From the NCBI GenBank assembly GCA_030390025.1, contig CM059432.1, positions 150,290,001 to 150,354,000 of the forward strand: a DNA stretch of 64,000 nucleotides, given 5' to 3'. The notes under the pieces are model-generated. The model made no database searches. It saw nothing but the letters and a program-made list of their open reading frames with translations, and was not told the origin of the DNA. Source of the stretch: Squalus acanthias. Lineage: Eukaryota. A program made the translations under genes and the position numbers. Positions 27,820 through 40,290 of this stretch are shown here, piece by piece (position 1 is the stretch's first letter; each line of letters opens with the position of its first letter).

Positions 27820-28880
27820 TTGTGTCTTTTTTCTTTTCCGCATGCTTCTACGAGGTGCAACCCCTGTGGCTTCAGCAGAGGTAGAGGCAGGCTGCTCACT
27901 TCCCTGCTGCGACTACTTTGACACTTGGCAGATGTCCTCTGGGTTTTAGGGCCCGCGAGGGCCCCACCAAGGGCTGCTCCTCCTGCAACTGTGCAGGGGC
28001 AGACTCAGCCATCGGGCTCCGAGGCAGCATCTGGGGCTCTGACTGTGGGGGAGGCAACGGGGAGAAGTGGGAGCGCTTTGCGCAAAGCCCCCACTTCCAT
28101 GTCCCCTCTCACCATCATCCTTCTCATGAGCCACCCGCACTTCCCTGCTAGCAAGGAGCTGGACAGCACCTTGCTGCACATCAGTGGGGTGATGAATGCC
28201 CAAGTCTATGTTGGTATCGCACCTCGAGATAAGGTCAATGAGAGTCTGCAATCTGTTGTTCACAGCAAACATGTTCTCGTTCGACTGGCGCATTTGCTGC
28301 TCCATGCAGGTGGCCATCCTTTCCATGGAACAGCACATCGTCGCCTGCGAGATGGTGGTGCTCATGTTGGAGATGGACTCCTCCATTCTCTGTACAGTGG
28401 CACACATCGCGGCTGCAAAAGCTGCCACAGCCTCGTGCATTTGTTGCTGCTCCTCCAGGATCAGCCTCTTTCTCGACGGGCCCCCCGAGGTTCAGCAGCT
28501 GAATGCAGCTGAGCAGAGCTGGGAGCACCCTGCACCCCTCGGCGAGGACTCTCCATTGCTGTCCCTGACTCCACCATCTGCTCTTGCTCACTTGTGATCT
28601 GAGAGACACCAGGTGACAACACTACTCTATGTCTCGCTGGACCCACCGAGGTGCGTGCATCTGCGCTGGTGCTGGGTGCGCATGGGTCTGGATCCAGCAC
28701 CAGCTGACTACATCCCTGCTTCTGACCTCCTCCGCGATCTCCAGCCATGCCCTCTGGAAGGTCTCTAGCGCCCATCCCCAGGAACAGGATGTCCCTGCGT
28801 TCTCGAATTCCCTGGAGCAGGACTTCCAGGGAGGAATCAGAGAATCTGGGCGCTGCCTTCTGCCGCTGGGACTGCATGCT
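27820..28880 (-). pseudogene. Harbinger ORF2 Myb/SANT-like protein, disrupted
   Basis: KAAPRFSDSSLEVLLQGIRERRDILF and AWLEIAEEV fragments, followed by a coiled-coil-like region (ORF 27946-28440). Boundaries are approximate. Confidence 0.75.
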
Positions 28881-29986
28881 TCCCTCAAGCCTCAGATGAA
28901 AAATCTTTACTTTCTGAACAGCCACACCTCTGCCAAAGAGCTCTGATCCTCCTCCAACAACCTTCAAGTGTGATGTGTGGGAGGCCCCTTCAAATATCTG
29001 AGCTCAAGGCGAGTCATCGATGATATCACCAAACCCACTCCATTTAACTGGCCACTAAAACCCGCATGCCTAACTCAATGAATCCATTTCAAAAAAAGAC
29101 AAGGTGGAGAGCGTGCTGCTGGGTGCTGCGGGAGGCCAATCCGCAGCACAGCCCCCCCTGCATCCGACTCTCCTCACAGGTAAAAATTCCGGCCGTATTG
29201 TCTATGAAGATTAGACATATATTGAGCTGATTACTGCAAAGAAACCAGACACTTTCTAGCAGCATAATTAGTTGATCACTGGGAGAAAATGATCACACCG
29301 AAGGACATCTTTTAAAAATATCATATTGCTTCTTTTATAAAAAGACCAGTTAACTTGTATGGTTAATTAATTGAATTTACTGGGAACAATGTCGGCTGCA
29401 AAAATGAACTGGATGATTTCAAACTACGCGTCAGATGAGAACATGGCAGATTGACAGATGCACTATTCACTGCTAATTCCTTGTTACAAGTTTAAGGCCT
29501 TTGCTTTCACTCAGGTACAACAGTGCTAGTCGCTCCAATAAGTGGTCTGAACACCTTACATTTAGGGGTGTACCCATACTGTCCAATATCTAACTATACA
29601 ATAGCCTAACCCAGGGGTGCAACAATAGTAGCCCTTTGTGATCTGAACTATATATTTCAGTCTTTCCCACATGGCTCTTCAATTTCTGTGAAGGCAGATT
29701 GAGAAAACACTTGGCAAGGTAAGGCGAGATACAAATCATGAGTTGATTTATTTCCCAGCATGTAAAAATTTACAGAATAAGAGTTATGACTGGATTCACT
29801 TATTTGAATCAGTATAACTTGTCTTCACGTAATAACAGAAAATAATTAATTTGCTACGCTTCCCTACATCAGTAGGTTGGCTTACTTGACTGAAACAAAA
29901 TATCTCCCACTACTCTCCTACATGTTACTTCTGAGCCTGGCCAAAGTTTGCCCTCAGAGTTTTCTGTTGGAAGGCCTTACTAACTT

Positions 29987-30935
29987 CGGCGGTACTTATA
30001 GCAGCGGGAGCCCAGGAGAGCGCGAGACCTCGGCGGTACTTAAAGCAGCGGGAGCCCGGGAGAGCGCGAGACCTCGGCGGTACTTATAGCAGCGGGAGCC
30101 CAGGAGAGCGCGAGACCTCGGCGGTACTTAAAGCAACGGGAGCCCGGGAGAGCGCGAGACCTCGGCGGTACTTAAAGCAGCGGGAGCCCGGGAGAGCGCG
30201 AGACCTCGGCGGTACTTAAAGCAGCGGGAGCCCAGGAGAGCACGAGACTTCGGCGGTACTTAAAGCAACGGGAGCCCGGGAGAGCGCGAGACCTCGGCGG
30301 TACTTAAAGCAGCGGGAGCCCGGGAGAGCGCGAGACCTCGGCGGTACTTATAGCAGCGGGAGCCCGGGAGAGCACGAGACCTCGGCGGTACTTAAAGCAA
30401 CGGGAGCCCGGGAGAGCGCGAGACCTCGGCGGTAATTATAGCAGCGGGAGCCCAGGAGAGCGCGAGACCTCGGTGGTACTTAAAGCAGCGGGAGCCCAGG
30501 AGAGCGCGAGACCTCGGCGGTACTTAAAGCAGCGGGAGCCCGGGAGAGCGCGAGACCTCGGCGGTACTTAAAGCAGTGGGAGCCCGGGAGAGCGCGAGAC
30601 CTCGGCGGTACTTATAGCAGCGGGAGCCCAGGAGAGCGCGAGACCTTGGTGGTACTTAAAGCAGCGGGAGCCCGGGAGAGCGCGAGACCTCGGCGGTACT
30701 TAAAGCAGTGGGAGCCCGGGAGAGCGCGAGACCTCGGCGGTACTTATAGCAGCGGGAGCCCAGGAGAGCGCGAGACCTCGGTGGTACTTAAAGCAGTGGG
30801 AGCCCGGGAAAGCGCGAGACCTCGGCGGTACTTAAAGCAGTGGGAGCCCGGGAGAGCGCGAGACCTCGGCGGTACTTAAAGCAGCGGGAGCCCAGGAGAG
30901 CGCGAGACCTCGGTGGTACTTAAAGCAGTGGGAGC
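29987..30935 (+). repeat. 44-bp CpG-rich tandem array (~21.5 copies) at the 5' end of a CR1
   Basis: Unit CGGCGGTACTTAAAGCAGCGGGAGCCCGGGAGAGCGCGAGACCT with a few recurrent variants. Confidence 0.95.
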
Positions 30936-33520
30936 TACAACGGACCGGTGATTGTAAAGAAGTAAAAAGTAATCGAAGTGTGACGTCACCAGAAAGCAGG
31001 TAAGTGATTGGTTGGTGAGTATTTCTCTATTTCTCGCTTTTTTCCAAACTTGGGCGTCTAAATTTAAGTGCCTTGGTGTAAATTAAAAGATATACGTGTT
31101 CCAAATTTTAAAACTAATTAATTAATTGAGATGGGAGACCAGGCAATGTGTTGTTGTTGTTGCATGTGGGAGCTGGTGGACACCACTGAGGTCCAAGGTG
31201 ACCACATCTGCAGCAAATGTTGGCTGCTCGAGGAACTTCGGCTCAGAGTTGATGAGCTGGAGTCCGAGCCCTGGACACTGCGACACATTAGGGAGGGGGA
31301 GCGTTACCTGAACGCTAAGTTCCAGGAGGCAGTCACACCCACTAGAGTAATTACTTCCAATCTGACCCATGGTCAGAAACAGGAGGGTGTGACTACAAGC
31401 GAGGCAGGTATTGGGATCCAGGAGGTAGTGATGGAGGAGCCTCAGCCCTTGGCCTTGTCCAACAGGTACGAGATTCTTGCTCCCTATGTGGACGAGGGCA
31501 GGGACTGCAGGGAGGATGAGCAAACTGACCACAGCACCGTGGTACAGGGGGCCATTCAAGTGGGGGGAGTAAAAAGAAATGTTGTAGTGATAGGGGATAG
31601 TATAGTTAGAGGGATAGATAGTGTTCTCTGCAGCCGAGAGCGTGAGTCCCAAAGGCTGTGTTGCCTGCCAGGGTTAAGGACATCTCCTCTGGGCTGGAGA
31701 GACACTTGGAGTGGGAGGGGGGAGATCCAGTTGTCATGGTCCACGTCGGTACCAATGACATAGGTAGGACAAAGAAAGAGGTTCTGCTGAGGAGAGTATG
31801 AGCAGCTAGGGGCTAAATTAAAAAGCAGAACCACAAAGGTAATAATCTCTGGATTACTACCTGAGCCATGAGCAAATTTGCATAGGGTAAATAAGATCAG
31901 AGAAATTAACGAGTAGCTCAAAGACTGGTGTGGAAGAAATGGGATTCGATTTGTGGGGCACTGGCACCAGCACTGGGATAAGAGGGAGCTGTTCCGTTTG
32001 GACGGGCTTCACTTGAACCATGCTGGGGTTAGAGTCCTGGTGAATCGAATAACTAGGGCTGTAGAGAGGGCTTTAAACTAAATAGTGGGGGGGGGGAGGA
32101 TCCAGGTGAGCGGGAATTTAAAAAGTCAATGAGAAATGAGAAAGCAATAGAGCAGGATAGAGATGGGGGAAATAATAACCAGAGTGTGGCAGGAAGGGAC
32201 AGAATGTTTAAAAATAAGAGTGCAACAGAAAATGGGGCCAAAACAAGGAGAAATGGTAAAAAGACAAAGTTAAAAGCTCTATATCTGAATGCACGCAACA
32301 TTCGCAACAAGATAGATGAGTTGACGGCACAAACAGATACAAATGGGTATGGATCTGATCACCATTAGAGACATGGTTGCAAGGTGATCAGGGCTGGGAA
32401 CTGAATATTCCAGGGTATGACAAATCGGAGGATAGACAGAAAGGAAAGGGAGGTGGGGTGGCTTTGTTGGTAAAGGATGGGATCAGTGCAGTGTTGAGAA
32501 GTGATATTGGATCAGAAGATCAAGATGTAGAATCGGTTTGGGTGGAGATAAAAAATAATAAGGGGAAAAAGTCTCTGGTGGACGTAGTCTACAGGCTCCG
32601 GAACTGTAGCAATGCTGTTGGACAGAGTATAAATCAACAAATAATGGAGGCCTGTAAAAAAAAGGTACAGTAATAATCATGGGTGATTTTAATCTCCATA
32701 TTGATTCGACAAATCAAATTGGCCATGGTAACCTTGAGGAGGAGTTCATAGAGTGCATCAGGGATGGTTTCCTAGAACAGTATGTAATGGAACCAACCAG
32801 GGAGCAGGTTATCTTGGATCTGGTACTGTGTAATGAGACAGAATTAATAAATGATCTCATAGTAAAGGATCCTCTAGGAAAGAGTGATCATAGCATGGTT
32901 GAATTTCAAATTCAGTTGCAGGGTGAGAAAGTTGTATCTCAAACCAGTGTCCTGATCTTAAACAAAGGCAATTACAATGGCATGAGGGCAGAACTGGCTA
33001 AAGTGGACTGGAAAAATAAATTAAAAGGTAAGACAGTTGAAATGCAGTGGTGGACTTTTAAGGAGATATTTCATAACTCTCAACAAAAATATATTCCAGT
33101 GAGAAAGAAAGATTTTAAGAGAAGGGAGCACCATCCGTGGCTAATTAAGGAAGTAAAGGGTGGTATCAAATTGAAAACGAAGGCATACAATGTTGCCAAG
33201 ATTGGTGGGAGACCAGAGGATTGGGAAATTTTTAAAAACCAGCAAAGGATGACTAAAAAAATAATAAAGAGGGAGAAGATGAATTATGAGAGTAAACTGG
33301 CAAGAAATATTAAAACAGATAGTAAGAGCTTCTACAGGTATATAAAAAGGAAGAGGGTAGCTAAAGTAAACGTTGGTCCCTTAGAGGATGAGACTGGGGA
33401 ATGAATAATGGGGAACGGGGAAATGGCAGAGACTCTGAACAAATATTTTGTATCTGTCTTCACGATAGAAGACACGAACAACATCTCAATAATGGATAAT
33501 CAAGGGGCCACAGGGAGGGG

Positions 33521-36500
33521 GGTGGGTGAACGGCTGCAGGGCATTCTGGAGCGGGAGGGTGAACAGCCAGTTGTCGTGGTGCATATAGGTACCAACAATT
33601 TAGGTGAAAAACGGGTTGAGGTCCTAAAAGCTGAATATAGGGAGTTAGGAGGTAAATTAAAAAATAGGACCTCAAAGGTAGTAATCTCAGGATTGCTACC
33701 AGTGCCACGTACTAGTGAGAGTAGAAATAGAAGGATATTTCAGATGAATACGTGGCTAGAAGAATGGTGCAAGGGGGAGGGATTCAAATTCCTGGGACAT
33801 TGGAACCGGTTCTGGGGGAGGTGGGACCAGTACAAACTGGACGGTTTGCACCTGGGCAGGACCAGGACCGATGTCCTAGGGGGAGTGTTTGCTAGTGCTG
33901 TTGGGAAGGGTTTAAACTAAAATGGCAGGGGGTTGGGAACCTGTGCAGGGAGACAAAGGAAAGGGAAGCAAGGATAGAAGCAAAAGACAGGAAGGAGAAA
34001 AGCAAAAGTGGAAGTCAGAGAAATCAAGGGTGTAAATCAAACATGGCCACAGTAAATAATAATTCTAAAAGGTCTAAGAGTGTTAAAAAAACAAGCCTGA
34101 AGGCTTTGTGTCTTAATGCGAGGAGCATTTGTAATAAGGTGGATGAATTAGCTGCGCAAATAGATGTAAACGGATACGATATAATTGGGATTACGGAGAC
34201 ATGGCTCCAGGGTGACCAAGGCTGGGAATTCAACATCCAGGGGTATTCAATATTCAGGAAGGACAGGCAAAAAGGAAAAGGAGGTGGGGTAGCATTGCTG
34301 GTTAAAGAGATTAACACAATAGTAAGGAAGGATATTAGCTCTGATGATGTGGAATCTGTATGGGTAGAGCTGAGAAATACCAAGGGGCAGAAAACGTTAG
34401 TGGGAGTTGTATACAGACCCCCAAACAGTAATGCTGAGGTTGGGGATGGCATTAAATGGAAAATTAGAGACGCGTTCAATAAGGGCACAGCAGTTATCAT
34501 GGGTGACTTTAATCTACATATAGATTGGGCTAACCAAATTAGTAACAATACTGTGGAGGAGGAATTCCGAGAGTGTATACGGGATGGTTTCCTGGACCAA
34601 TATGTCGAGGAACCAACTAGAGATCAGGCCATCTTAGACTGGGTATTAGGTTGTTATAGAAAGGATTAATTAGCAATCTTGTTGTGTGAGGCCCCTTGGG
34701 GAGGAGCGATCATAATATGATAGAATTCTTCATTAGGATGGAGAGTGAAGTAGTTGACTCAGAGACTAGGGTCCTGAATTTAAATAAAGGAAACTACGAT
34801 GGTATGAGGCGCGAGTTGGCTAGGATGGATTGGGGAATGGTGGATAGGCAATGGCAAACATTTAAAGATCGCATGGGTGAACTACAGAATTTGTTCATCC
34901 CTGTTTGGCATAAAAATAAAACAAAAAAGGTGACTCAACCGTGGCTAACAAGGGAAATTAGGGATAGCATAAGATCCAAGGAGAGGACATATAAATTGGC
35001 CAGAAAAAGCAGCAAACCTGAGGATTGGGAGCAGTTTAGGATTCAGCAAAGGAGGACAAAGGGATTAATTAAGAGGGGGAAAATAGAATATGAGAGTAAG
35101 CTTTCAGGGAACATAAAAACTGACTGTAAAAGCTTCTATAGATATGTGAAGAGAAAAAGATTGGTGAAGTCAAGCGTAGGTCCCTTGCAGTCAGAATCAG
35201 GGGAATTCATAATGGGGAACAAAGAAATGGCAGGCCAATTAAATACATACTTTGGTTCTGTGTTCACAAAGGAGGACACAAATAAACTCCCAGAGATGTC
35301 GGGGAACATAGGGTCTAATGAGAGGGAGGAATTGAATGAAATCAGTATTTGTAGGAAATGGTGTAAGGGAAATTGATGGGATTGAAGGCCGATAAATCCC
35401 CAGGGCCTGATCATCTACATCCTAGGGTACTTAAGGAAGTGGCCCTAGAAATAGTAGATGCATTGCTGGTCATCTTTCAAAATTCTATAGACTCTGGAAC
35501 AGTTCCCATGGATTGGAGGGTAGCTAATGTAACCCCACTATTTAAAAAAGGTGGTAGAGAAAAAACAGGGAATTATAAGCCTGACATCGGTAGTGGGCAA
35601 AATGCTAGAGTCCATTATAAAAGATGTAATAGCAGAGCACTTGGAAAACAGTGACAGGATCGGACAAAGTCAACATGGATTTACAAAAGGTAAATCATGC
35701 CTGACTAATCTACTGGAGTTTTTTGAGGATGTAACTGGTAGAATAGATAAGGGAGAACCAGTGGATGTGGTGTATTTGGACTTTCAGAAGGCTTTCAATA
35801 AGGTCCCGCATAAGAGATTAGCGTGCAAAGTTAAAGCACATGGGATTGGGGGTAAGGTACTGACTTGGATAGAAAACTGGTTGGCTGACAGGAAGCAAAG
35901 AGTTGGAATAAACGGGTCTTTTTGCGAGTGGCAGGCAGTGACTAGTGGGGTACCGCAGGAATCGGTACTAGGACCCCAGTTATTCACAATATATGTTAAT
36001 GATCTAGACGAGGGAACTAGATGTAATATCTCCAAGTTTGCAGACGACACAAAGCTGGGTGGGCATGTGTGCTGTGAGGAGGGATGCAGAGAAACTCCAG
36101 TATGATTTGGACAGGTTGGGTGATTGGGCAGATGCATGGCAGATGCAGTATAATGTGGATAAATGTGAGGTTATCCACTTTGGTGGCAAAAACAGGAAGG
36201 CAGATTATTATCTGAACGGCAATAGATTGGGAAAAGGGAAGTGCAATGTGACCTGGGTGTCCTTGTGCACCAGTCGCTGAAGGTAAGCATGCAGGTGCAG
36301 CAGGCGGTTAAGAAGGCAAATGGTATGTTGGCCTTCATAGCGAGAGGATTCGAGTACAGGAGCAAGGATGTCTTGCTGCAGTTGTACAGGGCCTTGGTGA
36401 GACCACACCTTGAGTATTGTGTGCAGTTTTGGTCGCCTTATCTGAGGAAGGATGTTCTTGCCATGGAGGGAGTGCAGCGAAGATTCACCAGATTGATACC

Positions 36501-36968
36501 TGGGATGGCAGGAATGACGTATGAAGAGAGATTGGGTCGATTAGGCTTATATTCTCTAGAGTTTAGAAGAATGAGAGGGGATCTCATTGAAACTTATAAA
36601 ATTCTAACAGGACTAGACAGACTAGATGCAGGAAGGATGTTCCCGATGGCGGTGGAGTACCAACCAGGGGTCACAGTCTAAGGCTAAGGGGTAAGCCATT
36701 TAGGACTGAGATGAGGAAGAATTTCTTCACCCAGAGAGTGGTGAACCTGTGGAATTCTCTGCCACAGAAGGCAGTTGAGGCCAATTCATTAAATATATTC
36801 AAGAAGGAGTTAGATATATTTCTTAAGGCTAAAGGGATCAAGGGATATGGGGAGAAAGCAGGGACAGGGTACTGAATTTGGATGATCAGCCATGATCGCA
36901 TTGAATGGCGGAGCAGGCTCGAGGGGCCGAAAGGCCTACTCCTGCTCCTATCTTCTATGTTTCTATGT
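33521..36968 (+). mobile_element. Second CR1 (different subfamily) nested in the first; begins within the ORF1 esterase and has a full-span but frameshifted ORF2
   Basis: VVVHIGTN...DGLHL esterase motifs; CLNARSICNK, ETWL, MGDFN, SDH, FADD; tail TTCTATGTTTCTATGT. Confidence 0.92.
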
Positions 36969-38243
36969 AACTAAAGACAATCATTATCACTAAGGAAATA
37001 GTAATTGGTAAAATAATAGGACTAAAAGACGACAAGTCCCCTGGACCAGATGGCCTGCATCCCAGGGTCTTAAAAGAAGTGGCTGCAGAGATAGTGGATG
37101 CATTGGTTGCAATATACCAAAATTCCCTGGACTCTGGAGAGGTCCCAGCAGACTGGAAAACCGCAAATGTAACACCCCTATTTAAGAAAGGAGGGAGACA
37201 GAAAGCAGGAAACTGTAGACCAGTTAGCCTAACATCTGTCGTTGGGAAAATGCTGGAGTCCTTCATTAAGGAAGCAGTAGCAGGGCATTTGGCAAATCAT
37301 AATGCAGTCAAGCAGAGTCAGCATGGTTTTATGAAAGGGAAATCATGTTTGACAAATTTGCTGGAGTTCTTTGAGGATATAATGAGCAGGGTGGACAAAG
37401 GTGAGCCAGTGGATGTGGTGTATTTGGATTTCCAGAAGGCATTCGATAAGGTGCCACATAAAAGGTTACTGCATAAGATAAGAGCTCACGGAATTGGGGG
37501 TAATATATTAGCATGAATAGAGATTGGCTAACTAACAGAAAGCAGAGAGTCGGGATAAATGGGTCATTTTCTGGTTGGCAAACGGTAACTAGTGGGGTGC
37601 CACAAGGATCAGTGCTGGGGCCCCAACTATTTACAATCTACATTAATGACTTGGATGAAGGGACCGAGTGTAATGTAGCCAAGTGGCCTATTCCTGCTCC
37701 TATTTCTTATGTTCTTATGACTTGTCTGTCTCTGTTTTTTTATAATCCCCTGTTTACAGGCAGATGCAACTAAAGACTTGCCAACACAATGGGTATGAGT
37801 TGTTTCTCAATATCAAAGCTTAGATTATCATTGACTTTATGACTTTTAAAAAAATGTGTGAATTCACTTTTCTTTAGAAGCCCAACATTTGAATATATCT
37901 TGTTTTAAATCCCTTTTGTGGAAAAATGGGCAATAAAGTATTCCGAGATGTGACATGGGCACATTTTTGCAATGGGTAGACGTCCATTCCCAATTCCTGG
38001 GGATGTGCACCTCAAAGTGCAGAAAATATAGACTATGTAGTCTGACATCTGACAAGTGAATTAGCTCCAAGCTCCAAAACATCAGTTGTGATTCTGGTAT
38101 CCTGCCAAACATGCTACCAGACACAGATCAAAAGATTAACTTCTACAAAAGCAAAATACTGCGGATGCTGGAAATCTGAAATAAAAACAGAAAATGCTGG
38201 AAATGCTCAGCCGGTCAGGCAGCATCTGTGGAGAGAGAAACAG

Positions 38244-38280
38244 AGTTAACGTTTCAGGTCGATGACCCTTCGTCAGAACT
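38244..38280 (-). ncRNA. Minimal type I hammerhead ribozyme motif, in host pre-mRNA sense
   Basis: Exact reverse complement of 38296-38332. Confidence 0.8.
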
Positions 38281-38295
38281 GGAAAAAGTTTTTCC

Positions 38296-38332
38296 AGTTC
38301 TGACGAAGGGTCATCGACCTGAAACGTTAACT
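38296..38332 (+). ncRNA. Minimal type I hammerhead ribozyme motif (Penelope-associated)
   Basis: AGTT-CTGACGA-AGGGTCATCGACCT-GAA-ACGT-T-AACT: stem I AGTT/AACT, intact CUGANGA and GAAA core, palindromic loop-less stem III. Confidence 0.8.
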
Positions 38333-38901
38333 CTGTTTCTCTCTCCACAGAGGCTGGCTGACCTGCTGAGTATTTCCAGCATTTTCTGTTTTTATTATAA
38401 AAGATTAACTTAATTGGTGCAAATACACATTTTGGAAAAATAAGACAGGGACCACAAACCAAATGATAATGAATAAACATATGTTGGAAGAGGAAAAAAA
38501 CAGCTAGCAGGCGAGTAGTATAAAATAGTGATCTACCAGCTCTGGCTGAAAAATTTCATGGCCCTGGCTTTTATGAAGACTCTAACTATACACATAGATG
38601 AAAGTGGAGAAAGGGAGGAATAGCATCACATTCACCCAGCGAACTCTCCATAGTATGCGCTGTGACAGCACACCAATCTTTCCCATGGTATGAATGGTGA
38701 TTATTCATACTTCGCTTTCTTCATTTTTTTAAGCATTTAGTGGCAGCCCAGTGTGCTGTGCTTTGGATTTACATGCTTTACACTGGATATAATGTACAGG
38801 GTTACTATATTACTATTATCTTTTACCCTCACCAAGGGACCAACACAAAGCACTACTTAGAAAACTCATCTTTACTGAAAATAGTGATTATACCCTTTAT
38901 T

Positions 38902-39170
38902 GGCCAATGGTTCAGCTGGTAACAGTAGTGTGTAACTGCACATTACAGGCGCCCCAGGTTTGAATCCCAATCTGCTTTCAGTAGCTGATCTCACCCAGAG
39001 GCTGGGGTGCTGTGATTGGTCTCAGCCCCCCTGGCTAAGAAGGAGAAATGAACTAAACTGCTCAGTCCTGATCACTGTCCAGCGACCCCTGTAGTAAAGT
39101 TAGCATGTGTGTAAATGTCATGTGAAGACAGGACTGGACCTCCAATGTGACACCCCAATGGATGAATAGC
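38902..39170 (+). mobile_element. Decayed tRNA-derived SINE
   Basis: A-box-like TGGTTCAGCTGGT and B-box-like GGTTTGAATCCC, followed by a body resembling recalled shark SINEs. Confidence 0.5.
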
Positions 39171-39848
39171 CTTCAATTCCTTCAAAAGGGGGAGGAGATA
39201 AAGGGAAGAAAATTAGGTACCAAAAAAAATAAGTTGAGGACAGTGATAATGTAGTGCTGGTAATCCAAGTGTTATCATTAAAACACTGGTGGCATGAAAG
39301 TTGGGAGGTTTCTGAATGAATAACAAATTGATCGATCGGTTGCTTGGCTTAGCTTTCTTAGGCTACTCCATTATATTAATATACAGGCTGTATGTATGAT
39401 TTAGTTCTTTAAAAAGGGCCCTGACATGTTCTTAATGGAGGATGACATCAGGGTGTATTGGGTGGAGTGAGTTAATTAAATTTGCCAAGTGGATGGGTTA
39501 CCATGGTCCCTTTCTGCTTACCAATCAGGCCACATTTTAAAATCAAAGTCTATATCCACAAACAGTCTTTTCGACTTAATCAAACCTTCTGAAGTGTTCT
39601 ACATCATCTGAAAATTATTTCTATACAATAGAGTATGTTTACCAAAGCTTGTAATGGGCTTGTAATGATTTGAATTTGCTTTAATACATTACCTTGAATT
39701 CAACATAAATAACTTGTTTGTAAGGTCTGTGAATGCCATTCTTCCATCAACTGCACCTGTTCTGATGTTGAATCTTAATACTATTCATCTTGATTTTCTA
39801 TGTTGCTTGTTATTTTTGATTCTGAGAAAGTTAGCATTCATCTTAAAT

Positions 39849-40290
39849 ATGTCAGCTTGGCTCAGTGATATCACTCTTGCCTCCGAGTCAGAAAGTCATG
39901 AGTCCAAGCCCCATTCCAAGACTTGAGTACATAATCTAGGCTGACATTTCAGTGTAGTACTGAGCAAATGCTGCATGTCGGAGGTGTCTTCTGTCAGATA
40001 AGACGATAAACCAAGGCCTTGTCTGCATGTGCAGGTGAATATAAAAGATCCCATGGCACTATTCAAAGAGGAGCCGGGCAGTTCTCCCAGTGTCCTAATC
40101 AACATTTGTCCATCAACCAACATCATCAAAATCAGATTAACTGGTCATTGCTGTTTGTGGGACCTTATGTGCAAGTTGGCTGTCACAGTTGCCTACAAAA
40201 CAGCAGTGACTACACTTCAAAAGTAATTAATTGTCTGTGAAGTGATTTGGGACAACCTGAGGTCATGAAAGGCACTTTATAAATGTAAGC
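39849..40290 (+). mobile_element. tRNA-derived Deu-domain-like SINE with L2-like tail
   Basis: TGGCTCAGTG head; TCTAGGCTGACA...CAGGTGAATATAAAAGATCCCATGGCACTATT core; tail GAAAGGCACTTTATAAATGTAAG similar to the L2 3' end. Confidence 0.8.

Larger units (their letters stand above)
25716..29194. mobile_element. PIF/Harbinger DNA transposon with both ends present, inactive
   Basis: TIRs GGCAGGAATTTTCAC / GTAAAAATTCCGGCC; identical 3-bp TSD GTA on both sides; convergent transposase (+) and Myb-like (-) ORFs. Confidence 0.92.
29987..37718 (+). mobile_element. Apparently 5'-complete CR1 LINE (ORF1 Cys-rich/zipper/SGNH esterase from 31131; ORF2 APE endonuclease and RT from ~32260), split by a nested CR1 and 3'-internally deleted
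   Basis: ORF1 has CCCCMWE...CSKC...LEELRLRVDELE and VIGDSIVRG; ORF2 has YLNARNIRNK, MGDFN, LGKSDH. ORF2 stops at ~33520 and resumes at 36969; tail TTCTTATGTTCTTATG at ~37703-37719. Confidence 0.9.
38143..38398. mobile_element. Fold-back Penelope-derived mini-element (two head-to-head pseudo-LTR ends)
   Basis: ~107-bp near-perfect inverted arms (38180-38287/38289-38396); 13-bp direct repeat AAAAGATTAACTT at 38130-38142 and 38399-38411. Confidence 0.9.

Noticed and set aside
29987..30935. Possible CRISPR-like array
   Set aside because: The units are contiguous with no unique spacers, there are no cas genes, and the context is eukaryotic.
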